From assembly GCF_004010195.1 (NCBI RefSeq), contig NC_057719.1:94679775-94743774 (forward strand): DNA of 64,000 bases, read 5' to 3'. This document shows, in pieces, positions 25,183-38,100 of the stretch. The first letter of the stretch is position 1; the number at the start of each line of letters is the position of its first letter. A program made the translations under genes and the position numbers. The DNA is from Chiloscyllium plagiosum (taxonomy: Eukaryota). Under the pieces are notes generated by a model. It did not search any database. It was not told the origin of the DNA and saw only the letters and a list, made by a program, of their open reading frames with translations.

Positions 25183-28100
25183 TGTTATGGACAAGACAAC
25201 CTAGACCATAACTGAGCAATTTGTTTCTGTAATTGTACAAGTGAGAATTACCCAGCATAAGTTAGCTAGGTTGACTACTAGGTTTTAAAACAGACAGAAA
25301 TTTATTCACAAAAGCATACAATGAAAGAACAGAATAAAGAACCCCTACAGAACTCTGTCAATCCCACTTCGGAGCAGCGAGAGCCGGGAGGAGGTGACGT
25401 TGGTGTGAGGTGATTGTCAGGAAGCCCGGTAAGTATATTTAAACTTCTTACCTTCAGGCTAGCGAGGGAGGAGCGAGCAAAGGACTTCTGGGAAGGGTAA
25501 GTAGAACAGGTTATATTTGCATGGTTGTGTTACCCGAGACACTACTCGGGTAGTGTCTCCCACCCGTCCTCCACCTCTAACCTAAAAAAAACGTCGTGGG
25601 AGTCAGATTGACAAGGTAAGGTAAATAGTTTATTTCCTAATCCTTTTTTCTAGTAGTCACTTCGGGAGTTAGAACAGTGGGAATGGAGTGCAGGGCAGTG
25701 AAATGTTCCTCCTGCAGAATGTGGGAGGTAAGGGTCACCACTAGTGTCCCTGCTGACTACATCTGTGGGAAGTGCACCCAACACCAGCTCCTCGAAAACC
25801 GCGTTAGGGAACTGGAGCTGGAGCTGGATGAACTTTGGATTATCTGGGAGGCAGAGGGGGTTATTGAGAGGAGTTACAGGGAGGTAGTCACTCCTCGGAT
25901 ACAAGAAAAAGGCAAATGGGTTACAGTCAGGGGACGGAAAGGGAACCGACAGGCAGTGCAGGGATCCCCTGTGGCCATTCCCCTCAACAANNNNNNNNNN
26001 NNNNNNNNNNNNNNNNNNNNNNNNNNNNNNNNNNNNNNNNNNNNNNNNNNNNNNNNNNNNNNNNNNNNNNNNNNNNNNNNNNNNNNNNNNNNNNNNNNNN
26101 NNNNNNNNNNNNNNNNNNNNNNNNNNNNNNNNNNNNNNNNNNNNNNNNNNNNNNNNNNNNNNNNNNNNNNNNNNNNNNNNNNNNNNNNNNNNNNNNNNNN
26201 NNNNNNNNNNNNNNNNNNNNNNNNNNNNNNNNNNNNNNNNNNNNNNNNNNNNNNNNNNNNNNNNNNNNNNNNNNNNNNNNNNNNNNNNNNNNNNNNNNNN
26301 NNNNNNNNNNNNNNNNNNNNNNNNNNNNNNNNNNNNNNNNNNNNNNNNNNNNNNNNNNNNNNNNNNNNNNNNNNNNNNNNNNNNNNNNNNNNNNNNNNNN
26401 NNNNNNNNNNNNNNNNNNNNNNNNNNNNNNNNNNNNNNNNNNNNNNNNNNNNNNNNNNNNNNNNNNNNGTTGTGGCCATTACGGAGACATGGATAGAGCA
26501 GGGACAGGAATGGTTGTTGCAGGTTCTGGGATTCAGATGTTTCAGTAAGAACAGAGAAGATGGTAAAAGAGGGGGAGGTGTGGCATTGTTGATCAGGGAC
26601 AATATTACAGTTGTAGAAAGGATGTTTGGGGACTCATTAACTGAGGTAGTATGGGCTGAGGTTAGAAGCAGGAAAGGAGAAGTTACCATGCTGGGAGTTT
26701 TCTATAGGTGTCCGAATAGTCCCAGAGATGTAGAGGAAAGGATAGCAAAGATGATTCTCGATGGGAGTGAGAGAGGCAGGGTAGTTGTCATGGGGGACTT
26801 CAACTATCCAAATATTGACTGGGATCACTACAGTATGAGTACTATAGATGGGTCAGTTTCTGTCCAGTGTGTGCAGGAGGGCTGCCTGACACAGTTTGTA
26901 GTCAGGCCCACAAGGGACAAAACCACTTTAGCTTTAGTACTGGGTAACGAGCCTGGCCAGGTGTTAGATTTGGAAGTAGGTGAGCACTTTGGAGACAGTG
27001 ATCACAATTCTGTCAGGTTCACTTTAGTGATGGAAAGGGGTAGGTGTACTCCACCGAGCAAGAGTTACAGCAGGGGGAAGGGAAATTACGATGCAATTAG
27101 GAAAGATTTAGGAACCGTAGAATGGGGAAGGAAACTTCAGGGGATGAACACATTAAAAATGTGGAGCTTATTTAAGGAAAAGCTCCTGTGTGTCCTAGAT
27201 AAGTATGTGCCTGTCAGACAGGGAGGAAGATATAGAACGCGTGAGCCGTGGTTTACTAAGGAAAAGGAATCCCTGGTCAAGAAGAAGAAGAAGGCTTATG
27301 TTAGGACAAAATGTGAAAACCCAGTTAGGGCACTTGAGGGTTACAAGGAAGTCAGGAAAGACCTAAAAAGAGAGCTCAGAAGAGCCAGGAGGAGACATGA
27401 GAAGTTGTTGACGGATAGGATCAGGGTTAACCCTTAGGCTTTCCATAGGTATGTCAGGAATAAAAGAATGACGAGAGTTAAATTCGAGCCAATCAAGGAA
27501 AATAGTGGGAATTTGTGTGTGGAGTCAGAGGAGATAGGGGAAGCACTAAATAAATATTTTTCGACAGTGTTCACTATAGAAAATGAAAATGTTGGCGAGG
27601 AAGATACAGAGATACTTGCATCTAGACTAGAAGAGATTGAGGTTCANNNNNNNNNNNNNNNNNNNNNNNNNNNNNNNNNNNNNNNNNNNNNNNNNNNNNN
27701 NNNNNNNNNNNNNNNNNNNNNNNNNNNNNNNNNNNNNNNNNNNNNNNNNNNNNNNNNNNNNNNNNNNNNNNNNNNNNNNNNNNNNNNNNNNNNNNNNNNN
27801 NNNNNNNNNNNNNNNNNNNNNNNNNNNNNNNNNNNNNNNNNNNNNNNNNNNNNNNNNNNNNNNNNNNNNNNNNNNNNNNNNNNNNNNNNNNNNNNNNNNN
27901 NNNNNNNNNNNNNNNNNNNNNNNNNNNNNNNNNNNNNNNNNNNNNNNNNNNNNNNNNNNNNNNNNNNNNNNNNNNNNNNNNNNNNNNNNNNNNNNNNNNN
28001 NNNNNNNNNNNNNNNNNNNNNNNNNNNNNNNNNNNNNNNNNNNNNNNNNNNNNNNNNNNNNNNNNNNNNNNNNNNNNNNNNNNNNNNNNNNNNNNNNNNN

Positions 28101-29292
28101 NNNNNNNNNNNNNNNNNNNNNNNNNNNNNNNNNNNNNNNNNNNNNNNNNNNNNNNNNNNNNNNNNNNNNNNNNNNNNNNNNNNNNNNNNNNNNNNNNNNN
28201 NNNNNNNNNNNNNNNNNNNNNNNNNNNNNNNNNNNNNNNNNNNNNNNNNNNNNNNNNNNNNNNNNNNNNNNNNNNNNNNNNNNNNNNNNNNNNNNNNNNN
28301 NNNNNNNNNNNNNNNNNNNNNNNNNNNNNNNNNNNNNNNNNNNNNNNNNNNNNNNNNNNNNNNNNNNNNNNNNNNNNNNNNNNNNNNNNNNNNNNNNNNN
28401 NNNNNNNNATGTTGCCTGGTATGGAGGGAAGGTCTTACGAGGAAAGGCTGAGGGCCTTGAGGCTGTTCTCGTTAGAGAGAAGGTTGAGAGGTGACTTAAT
28501 AGAGACATACAAGATAATCAGAGGGTTAGATAGGGTGGACAGGGAGAGCCTTTTTCCAAGTATGGGGATGGCAAACACGAGGGGACACAGCCTTAAAGTG
28601 AGGGGAGATAGGTATAACACAGATGTCAGAGGTAGTTTCTTTACTCGGAGAGTAGTAAGGGTATGGAATGCTTTGCCTGCAATGGTAGTAGATTCGCCAA
28701 CTTTAAGTACATTTGTCATCATTGGAGAGGCATATAGACGTACATGGAATAGTGTAGGTGGGATGGTCTTCAGATTGGTATGACAGGTCGGCGCAACATC
28801 GAGGGCCGAAGGGGCTGTACTGCGCTGTAGTGTTCTATGATCTATGTTCTAAACCAGACTTAATAATGCTGTTCCGAATATACACATCAGTCCCAATAAG
28901 CAAACTCCCTTTAAAATAGTTTAAAAAAAAAGGAACAGATGCTTCAAAGTTGAAATTAGTAGGGCAGAAAGAGAGAGAAGCGTTTCGCAGCCTGTTTCCA
29001 CACAGCTGAACTCCCAACTAGTTCTGAACTGAATTGCTCAGCTCGAGAGCTGACCAACCAACCCCCACTCTCCCCACTTTCATTATACAGGTCACTTCCA
29101 AAACCTGACCACTTTGGCCTGAAGTCTCATCTGTTTACATGTAAACAAAATCTCAAAATCCTTTTCATCTCTGTACAAAACTAGTCTAATCAGATCCAGG
29201 AACTGATTTATGACCTCTCTGGAAAAGACCAAGGACACCGCATCCTTGAAAAAAGGAACAGCTTTTAGAAAAAAGGGGCCAGCTTTGTGACA
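25183..29292 (-). repeat. 3' LTR of the Gypsy element, split by a CR1 (25183-25364 plus 28851-29292)
   Basis: Both halves align to 34928-35566; ..ATCC|AAACCAGAC junction matches the uninterrupted LTRs; weak PPT-like tract at 29293-29302. Confidence 0.88.
25365..28850 (+). mobile_element. Full-length CR1 LINE inserted in LTR (two gaps)
   Basis: 5' UTR; ORF1 zinc finger/leucine zipper CSSC..CGKC..LENRVRELELEL; APE motifs; RT end; (TCTATGT)n tail. Confidence 0.9.
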
Positions 29293-29559
29293 CCTCACCG
29301 TTAAAAAAAAAATGAACCATGAATACCAAATGATGGCTTCATTTTTAAAACCCTTCAAAAACAAACTGGTTATAGTCTAAACACACACACACACACACTG
29401 TACTAACTATGCACATGCACAATCCCATGCGAATTCAGGCCGGGGTCCACCCGCTACCGAACGCCTCCATATCTCATTCGAGTCTTGATAACACATCAGC
29501 AATCAGTTTTTCATGACCTGCCAAGTGCACAGTTGTTGCATTGCACGGCCACAACAACA

Positions 29560-30720
29560 AGCTCCATCAAAACAGTCTGGCATTTTTGCCCTTAAGTTTC
29601 TCCACAAATGTGATTGGTGTATGCAATTGTCTCAGATGCATTACTGGTAATATAAACTGAAATGTTGTAATGGCAACATGAAGTTTAAAGTCTCTTTCTC
29701 CACCATTAAATATTTCTGTTGATGAACATTCAACTGACTGGAAAAATATCCGTTAAGTCTTTCTATTTCCTCGTCATCCTCCTGCAGGAACACTGCACCA
29801 ACACCCACATCACTGCCATCAATAACCACCTTTAAAGGCTTCATGTAATCTGGTGTGGTTAATACCGGGGCAGTGGTTAACACAGTGTTGAGGCTGTCCA
29901 ATGCCTTTTGACAGACCGCTGTCCACTGAACCTTCTTGCACATTTTTAACAATTCAGTGAGTGGAGAAGCCACACTGTGTGGCACAAACATTTGGTAAAA
30001 TCCAGTCAATCCCAGGAATCATAGTACTGATTTTCATCAATGGTGTTTCACTTTCACATCCCATGAGGACATTTGTCTGTGTCCAGTAAGATGGCCCAGG
30101 AAGGTGACTTGGGCTTTGGCAAATTCACTTTTAGCCAGTTTTACCACCAAGCCTGCTTCCCGAAGTCAATCGAACAAGTCCGATAAATACTATAAATGTT
30201 CCTTCTATGAGTGACTAAGAATCACCAGGTCATCAATATACACCACACAGTTGGGTAATCTGGCAATGAACTTATTAGTCAGGCTCTGAAATGTGGCTGG
30301 AGCATTTTTCATACCAAATGGCATGTCTTTGAACTGATATAGTCCATTTGGCGTTAAGAAAGCCGAAATCGCCTTTGCTCTCTCTGACAGAGATATTTGC
30401 CAGGAGCTTCTGAGCAAGTCCAACTTAGAAATGTAAGTTGCTTGTCCCAAATTTTCAACACAGTCCTCCAACTGTGAAATTGGATATGCATCAGTCTTTG
30501 TTGACTTTGTGATAGTCCACAAATAACCGTTGATACTATCTGGCTTTGGCACCATGACTATGGGTGAGCTCCAGTTACTGTAACTCTCTTCGATTATGCC
30601 ATCTTGGAGCCTGCACCATATCTCCTTCTGAACCAGTGCCAACTTTAGAAGATTATGCCTATAAGGATGTTGCTTAAATGGAACAGCATCTCCTATATCT
30701 ACATCATGTACAATTAGGTT
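29560..30720 (-). pseudogene. Gypsy RT-RNase H (frameshifted)
   Basis: WSSPIVMVPK, KLDL, MPFGMKNAPATFQ, VYIDDLV; VIDGSDVGVGAVFLQ, EKETL. Confidence 0.9.
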
Positions 30721-30943
30721 AGTACTTCCCAGTTTATTTCCACATATCTCCCCATGTAATATATAATAACTCTTTCAGGTCATTTTGATTTTCTTGTGGT
30801 AGGTAACTCCATAATGTATCCCAATTTTTGACAACTTCCCCCTTGTCCAATTTGATTTGAGGAATGTCCAATTCAGAATCCTCTGAATGTGGTCCTTCCT
30901 TCTGTGCTGTAATCATTAACACCTTCTCCTCCTGCTTTCCTTC

Positions 30944-32145
30944 TCAATCAAAATACCTTTTGAGCATATTCACATGACCCACTCTGTGAGATTTCTCCCT
31001 GTCTGGAGTCCTTATCAAGTAGTTCACCTCACTCAATTTCCTCTCAATTTGATACGGTTCACTAAACCATGCTTTTAAAGGCTCACCTGTTACTGCAAGT
31101 AACACCAATACCTTATCCCCAATTGCAAAATTGCTAATTTGTGATTTCTTATCCATTTCCTGTTTCATTGTACGCTGTGATACTTTTAAATGCTGTTTAG
31201 CCAACTCTCCAGTTCTATTTAATCATTCTCTAAAATGTGACACATCATCCAAATGAGTGGTCTCTGAATTCTGACTTATTAATTTCTCCTTAATCAGTTT
31301 TAATGGTCCTCTTATGTCATGCCCAAAAATTAATTCAAATGGATTGAATTTGGTCAATTCACTTGGTACCTCTCTGATCGCATAAAGTACAAGTGGAACT
31401 TTCTTATCCCAATCACCTGGATAATCCTGACCATAATCCTTTGATGCCATCTCTCTAGGGCTCACTGTGATTCTGGATGGTATGCAGTAGATTTGAATTG
31501 CTTTATTCCCAAGTGCTCCATAACCTCCTTGAATAGTTTGGATGTGAAATTTGATCCTTGATCTGACTGGATCTCTATTGGTAGTCCATATCTAGTAAAA
31601 AATTTAAGTGATTTTTCTACAGCCCTTTTAGCTGTGATGTTGCATAATGGGATTGCCTCTGGAAATCTAGTCAACACTTATTCCCAATTCTTGTTTGAGA
31701 TAGGGGACCTATGTAATCAATCAAGACTCTTGTGAAAGGTTCCTCAAATGCTGGAATAGGTATTAAAGGTGCAGGTATTATTACTGCCTGTGGTTTTCTG
31801 ATTAGCTGAGATGTATGACATGTCTGGCAAAATTCAACTACATTCCTGAAGAAGGGCTTATGTTCGAAACGTCGATTCTCCTGTTCCTTGGATGCTGCCT
31901 GACCTGCTGCGCTTTTCCAGCAACACATTTTCAGCAAAATTCAACTACATCCTTGTGTAGTCCAGGCCAGTAAAAATGTCTTTGCATTTTAGCCTGTGTT
32001 TTCCTCACCCCTAAATGACCTCCAAGTGGTAGCTCATGCGCCAATGGCAGCACCCCCTTTCTATATCCTACTGGCAAAACAATCTGATACATCTCTGCCC
32101 ATTTCTCATCTGCTTGAATGTGCGATGGTCTCCATTTTCTCATTA
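30944..32145 (-). pseudogene. Gypsy integrase (frameshifted)
   Basis: AHELPLGGHLG..FCQTCHT (HHCC-like), LIDYIGPL, SDQGSNF, YHPESQ, EPYQIERKLSEVNY (GPY/F). Confidence 0.9.
31844..31933 (+). mobile_element. Short hammerhead element inserted in integrase, 17-bp TSD
   Basis: TSD GCAAAATTCAACTACAT at 31827-31843 and 31934-31950; CTGAAGAAGGGCTTATGTTCGAAACGTC. Confidence 0.88.
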
Positions 32146-32149
32146 AGAC

Positions 32150-32734
32150 ATCAGGAGTTGAGTAGTCATGTTGCGGCATTACAGGACATTGGTTAGGCCA
32201 CTGTTGGAATATTGCATGCAATTCTGATCTCCTTCCTATCGGAAAGATGTTGTGAAACTTGAAAGGGTTCAGAAAAGATTTACAAGGATGTTGCCAAGGT
32301 TAGAGGATTTGAGCTATGGGGAGAGGCTGAACAGGCTGGGGCTGTTTTCCCTGGAGTGTCAGATGCTGAGGGGTGACGTTATAAAGGTTTACAAAATTAT
32401 GAGAGGCATAATTTCCCTGGGGTGGGGGAGTTCAGAACTAAGGGGCATAGGTTTAAGGTGAGAGGGGAAAGATATAAAAGGGACCTAAGGGGCAACTTTT
32501 TCATGCAGAGGGTGGTATGTGTATGGAATGAGCTATCAGAGGAAGTGGTGGAGGCTGGTACAATTGCAACATTTAAAAGGCATTTGGATGGGTATATGAA
32601 TAGGAAGGGTTTTGAAGGATATGAGCCGGATGCTGGCAGGTGGGACTAGATTGGGTTGGGATATCTGGTTGGTGTGGACGTATTGGGCAGAAGGGTCTGC
32701 TTCCATGCTGTACATCTCTATGACTCTATGACTC
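32150..32734 (+). mobile_element. CR1/HER1-type 3' fragment inserted in Gypsy pol
   Basis: LERVQKRFTRMLP..FFMQRVV; tail (TCTATGAC)n. Confidence 0.88.
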
Positions 32735-32999
32735 CAAATATTAAGTAATAACACACAGGGATGCATTCACTCTCCTTCTCTGTAAATGCCTTTTGATATA
32801 ACTGTTTTAAGTTCTCATCTTTCTGCTGTAATTCATTCAATTTAGCAGAGCTAAAGATACTTGCGTGTTTCACATTTGCTCCTTCTCTGCCCCACTTATC
32901 TAATCGAAAATAGACTCGGACAAAGCTGTGTCAGCTTCCTTATCTGTGCCTTTTGATCTCTCCTGCTTCAGCTTGTGCCTCTGTGATCTTGTGATCACA

Positions 33000-34663
33000 C
33001 AATCCTGGAAAATTCTGAGATAAGCCTCCTTCATGTCTTCATTTGCCTACATTTCCATTGGCTTTTCAACTAGAGTAGGCAGCACATCTACCGGTGAATC
33101 ATATGTCATTTGCAAGGAAAAACTTATTCCTGGAGCTGAGAGTTTGTCCAGTACTCCTACCACAAATTCTCCACTCTTCTATGGACTCTCTAGCCTCATT
33201 TTACATGATTGAACACTTTTTGTCTCACCATGAATTCCTGTTACCAGGACCTTTTCTGGCCATAATCCCTCAGGAGTACATATCTCCTCATCCTTCAGCA
33301 TCACAGACTGAGAGGATCCTGTGTCCTTTAATATAGTACCCTCTTCACCTGCGACTCCTGGCCTATGAATAAACTTTACCCTTGCATGTATATTTTTTAA
33401 GCAGATCTGGCACTTTCTCCTTAATCAACCTCTGATCATCTTGTACACTCTGAGGCAGTTGTCTAACTCCCCTTGTGCTTTTTGTTACTAGTCTAGGCTT
33501 GTCTGGTTTTCCTACATCTGGCTTTCTCTCAGCCCACCAACACTGTGATTTCATGTGACCTAATTTATGACAATGAAAACACTGGAGCTTCTTTACCCTG
33601 TGGTAAGTTCTTCTTATGATCTTCACTGAGATCTACCTTTGCCTTTCCACATTAGGATTTCGCTTTGCCCCAGTTTCTATCTCTCATGGACTGAAATTCT
33701 GGAAGCCAAACCGAGTTTCATGGACTAGCTCATAACCATCAGCCCCTCAGCTGCTAACCTCGCTGTTTTAACTCCCTGCTCTTCCACATGAGTTCGCACC
33801 ACTTCAGGCAGTGAATTTTTGAATTCCTCCAAAATAATTACCTCTCTCATAGGTTTGCTCAATTTTAAAAGCTCTTATCCATCTATTGAAATTACTCCGT
33901 ATAATCCTTTCAAACTCAGTGTAGGTTTGACTAGGGTCCCTCCTTAAATTCTTGAAACATTGTCTCTCGGCTTCTGGTACAACTTCACATGCACTTAAAA
34001 TGGCTTTTTGCACCTCCTCATATTTCCCAGATCCTCCTCTGAGAGGGCTTCAAATACCTCACTAGCCCTACCTACAAGTTTCATTTGGATCAATAAAGCC
34101 CACATTGCCACTGGCCATTGCATTTGTTTAGCCACCTATTCAAATGAGATGTAAAAGGCTTCCATATCCTTCTCATCAAATTGAGGCAATGCTTGAACAT
34201 ACTTACACTGTTTCTCACTGGGCTTCTGACCACCAGGGGCTTGCTCCTCCTCACTCCCTTCCTCACTAAACCCACCCTCAGCCTTTATCTTCAGCCTTTT
34301 AAGCTGACTTCCCCTTTTAAGTGTCAGTTTTTGAAGTTCAAACGCTCTCTCTTTTTCTCTCTGTTCTGCTGCTCTCTCTTTCTCCCTCTCTTCTGCTTTT
34401 AATAATAAATCAAACTGTCTCATTTCTGCTGCCCTTTCCTTAGCTTTTGCTTCTAACTCAAGCTGCTTCATTTGCTATTGAATCCTTGCCACCTCTATAG
34501 ATTCTGATGGTTTCTCCAGCAAGTTTAAATGTTGAGCTACTGCAGGCAGGTCCAACCCCAGTTGGTCTGCTAATTCCTGCAACTTAGTTTTATTCACCTT
34601 TTGCAAAACTTCCAAAGTCACTACATCCACATCCAGAAAACGTCTGGCAACTGAAAGAGCCAT
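33000..34663 (-). pseudogene. Gypsy gag (coiled coil, SCAN-like capsid C-domain, CCHC) and aspartic protease
   Basis: MALSVARRFL start; KAILSACEVVPEAERQCFKNLRR..RWI; CFHCHKLGHMKSQC; ILKDTGSSQS with DTG at 33317-33325. Confidence 0.85.
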
Positions 34664-34713
34664 TACTATCCCAAGCTTTGTCTACCCAACCAAACCAACA
34701 CCCGAAATAAAGA

Positions 34714-34863
34714 GCTGGAAATGTGTTGCTGGAAAAGCGCAGCAGGTCAGGCAGCATCCAGGGAACAGGAGAATCTCCTGTTCCCTGGATGCTGCCTGAC
34801 CTGCTGCGCTTTTCCAGCAACACATTTCCAGCTCTGATCTCCAGCATCTGCAGACCTCACTTT
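34714..34863. mobile_element. Palindromic insertion of the PLE-derived short element, 15-bp TSD
   Basis: TSD CACCCGAAATAAAGA at 34699-34713 and 34864-34878; 62-bp perfect inverted arms centred on 34773. Confidence 0.88.
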
Positions 34864-34906
34864 CACCCGAAATAAAGACACTAGCACCTACCACTCACTG
34901 TTTAAA

Positions 34907-34924
34907 ATCCTAGATGAGCTCCTA
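34907..34924 (-). promoter_or_regulatory. Primer binding site, degenerate tRNA-Pro type
   Basis: TAGGAGCTCATCTAGGAT, 13/18 match to TGGGGGCTCGTCCGGGAT, 3 nt inside the 5' LTR. Confidence 0.7.
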
Positions 34925-34927
34925 ATC

Positions 34928-35566
34928 TGTTATGGACTAGACCAGACGACTCAAAGCATTCTTAAGCAGGCAGCCCAGACCATAACTTTGCAACTTATTT
35001 TGGTAAATGTACAGTGAGAATTACCCAGCATAAGTTGGCTAGGTTGACTACTAGGTTTTAAAACAGACAGAAATTTATTCACAAAATGATACAATGAAAC
35101 ACAAAGAACAGAATAAAGAACTACTACAGATCTCAGTCTATCCAAATTAGATATAATTATACTGTTCTGAATGTACACAACAGTCCCAATAAGCAACCCC
35201 CCTTAAAAAACAGTAAACAAATGGAACCGGTGCTTCCAGGTTGAATTTAGAAGGGCAGAAAGACAGAAAGAGTTTTGCAACCTGTTTCCACACAGCTGAA
35301 CTCCTAACTAGTCCTGGACTGAACTGCTCAGCTAGAGAGCTTACCACTCCCCTTTCATTATACAGGTCACTTCTAAAACATGACCACTTTGGCCTGAAGT
35401 TTCATCTGTTTACATATAAACAAAAGGCCTCTCAAAATCCTTTTTCATCTCTGTTCCAAACTAATCTAATCAGGGGCTGGTTTACAACCCCTTTGGAAAA
35501 AACAAGGATACAGTATTCTTGAGAAAAGCAACAGCTTTTAGAAAAAAAGAGACCAGCTTTGTGACA
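34928..35566 (-). repeat. 5' LTR of the Gypsy element (639 bp)
   Basis: TGTTATGG...TGTGACA ends; homologous to the split 3' LTR and to 63214-63826. Confidence 0.92.
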
Positions 35567-35949
35567 TTAGTTAAATGCCATCTTGCTGAAGGGCTAGATA
35601 CAAAGAATATTAAGTGAAAGAATTGTTTGGCCTTCTTAATCCCTTTTCTATTGGGCTAATACCAATAATGCCTATAATCTGTCTCAAATTGGTAGTATCA
35701 TTCAGTGTTAACCAATGAAGGACCAGTGTAACATGTGTATTTCCCTATCTTGTCCTTCTATTCACTTCTAGGCTTATGAGTATTTATCAATTGTTCAGAT
35801 AATGGCATAATTACAGATTAGAAAAGCCATAATCACTTTGAGCTTGAAAGCAATCATTGTGTTATTATAAACAGGTGAATAAAACATTGGTGCTGACGGG
35901 CAGATTACTGTGTATGGCCCAAAATAAGAGTTTTATATGTAAAATACGG

Positions 35950-38100
35950 AACACAAGCAATAAATTAAGCTAATTTAAATTGGGGATTCTGAGATAGTAG
36001 CCATTATTGAGTCTTGGCTACAGGATCATTGGGCTTGGGAACTAAATATACAAAGTTATAAGATTCACAGGATGGACGGGAAAATGACGGAAGGGGGTGG
36101 AGTAGCCTTACTAATAAAAATCAAAATTACTTCATTGTTGTGGGAGGGTTTAATTAGGGGAAAGCATTCAGTGGAAACCGTATGACCAGTAAAGGATCTA
36201 AAACTGTCAAGGGTCTTACGTGCAGGTACCCTGGTCATAGCTCTGAAATACTAGGTTGTATAAATACAGAAATTACGCAAATGCATAACAAAGCTAGAGT
36301 AGTGTTAATGGGGTGTTTTCATTTTAACTTAGATTGGGAGAGGCAGTCGGAAAGGTAGTGAATTTCTAGAGTATGTACAGGATATTTTCTTACACCCCTA
36401 CGTCCAGCCATAAGGCGACAAGTATTTACTAATGAGCCAGATTTAATTAGTGATGTAATAGTGCATAAATATTTATCAAATATGATCATAACACAATCAA
36501 ATTCAATGTAAAACAGCACAAATTAGCTGCTAGAATTTTAGATTTATGTAAGGCTGACTTTCTGACAAATGAGATGAGACAGAGACAGTCTACAATAAGC
36601 TGCGAAAATCTGTTCATGGGTAAAATAACTGAAGAGCAGTGGAGGATGTTTAAAGAAACATTTAATACAAAACAAAACCAGTTCATATCTCGGAGAGGGA
36701 AAAACTCCACTTCACAGAAAAATAAAACATGGATAATGAAAGATATTAGGGACAGCATATAAAGCTAAAAGAAAGATTTGCTACAAAGCAAACAGCACAG
36801 CACAGATCCTGCTGAATGGGTAAGTTACAAAGACCAGCAAAAAGGCTACAAGGCAGTTTATAACAGCTACTAAAAGGGATCATGAAGTAAAACTTGCCAC
36901 GCAATTCAAAATCAATAGGAAGAAATGTTATAGTTACCTATAAAGGGACGACAGAAGGTCAGGAACAATATTTGCGCACTAAAGACTGAACGTGAGGATA
37001 TTTTCTCAATGTCTCTGGGGCAGTGGCCTTGCCTCAGTGTTTACAGTATAAAAGAAGGATAACTTGCTGAAAGTCTCAAAGAAATTAAAAGTGGATCAGG
37101 GACAGGGACTAAACAATATTAACATGAATGAAATGTTGGTAATGAGGAAATTAATGGAATTAAAGAGTGACAAATTCCTGGGACGTGATGGTTTTCATCC
37201 AATGGTGTAAAAGGAAGTAGGAAGCACATTGTAGATGCTCTAACTATAACCTTTCATAGTTCTCCAGATACGATAGTCGTCTCTCTGGACTGGAAAATTG
37301 TACATCACCCCAGTTTTTTAAGAAGTGCGAAAGTGGAAAACCAGAGAATTATAGCTCAGCCAGCTCAACATCTGTGGTGGGGAAATTGTTGGCATTTATA
37401 ATTAAGAATGGGGTAGCGGATCACCTCAAAATGTTTTCAGTGAATTAAGGAGAGCCAGCATGGATTCATGAGAGAGAGGTCATACCTAAAAAAACCTCAC
37501 AGAGTTTTTTCAAGAGGTGACTAAGATATTGGACAGAGAAATGTCAATGGATGTTGTTTATATGACAGCATTTAATTAAGTTCACATAATAGACTGTGAA
37601 TAAAGTAAGACATCCAGAGAATAGAGGGCAAAGTATAGACATGGTTGGGAAATTAGTTGAATAGTAAGCGACAGAAAGTAGGGATAATGGGTAGGTACTC
37701 AAATTAGCAGGATGTAACCAGTGGTGTCCCACAAGTATCTGTGTTACAGCCTCAATTATTCACATTGTTTATTAACACCTTGGACAGTTGCAAAGAAAAT
37801 GAAATATCCAAATTTGTTCATGACACAAAATTAGATGCCATTGTAGAAATTGTTAATGGTAGGATAAAATTACAAAAGGATATTGATAAACTAAGTGAAT
37901 GCGCAAAACTGTGGCAGATGGAGTTCAGTGTAAATGTAAGGTTATCCATTTTGGACCAGGAAAGGAATGGTCAGGGAACTTCCTAGATGGTGTGAAGTTA
38001 AATACAGTGGATGCCCAAAAAGACTTGGGGGGTTCAGTTGCATAGATCTTTAAAATGTCATGAACAGAGGCAGAAAACAACAAAGAAAGCTAATGGATTT
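35950..38100 (+). mobile_element. Old, heavily decayed CR1 LINE ORF2
   Basis: Degenerate GILR/ESW, QHGFMRERS, GVPQVSVL and SKFVHDTKL motifs in colinear order. Confidence 0.8.

Larger units (their letters stand above)
25183..35566 (-). mobile_element. Full-length decayed Gypsy LTR retrotransposon, Gmr1-like (gag-PR-IN-RT-RH)
   Basis: Paired TG..CA LTRs; exact 4-bp TSD TTAG (25179-25182 / 35567-35570); CCHC knuckle, DTG protease, HHCC/rve/GPY integrase, YIDD RT and RNase H. Confidence 0.93.

Noticed and set aside
25677..27437. 586-aa ORF fusing CR1 ORF1 to ORF2
   Set aside because: The frame runs through a 478-N gap, so the fusion is unsupported. The same applies to the other X-filled ORFs.
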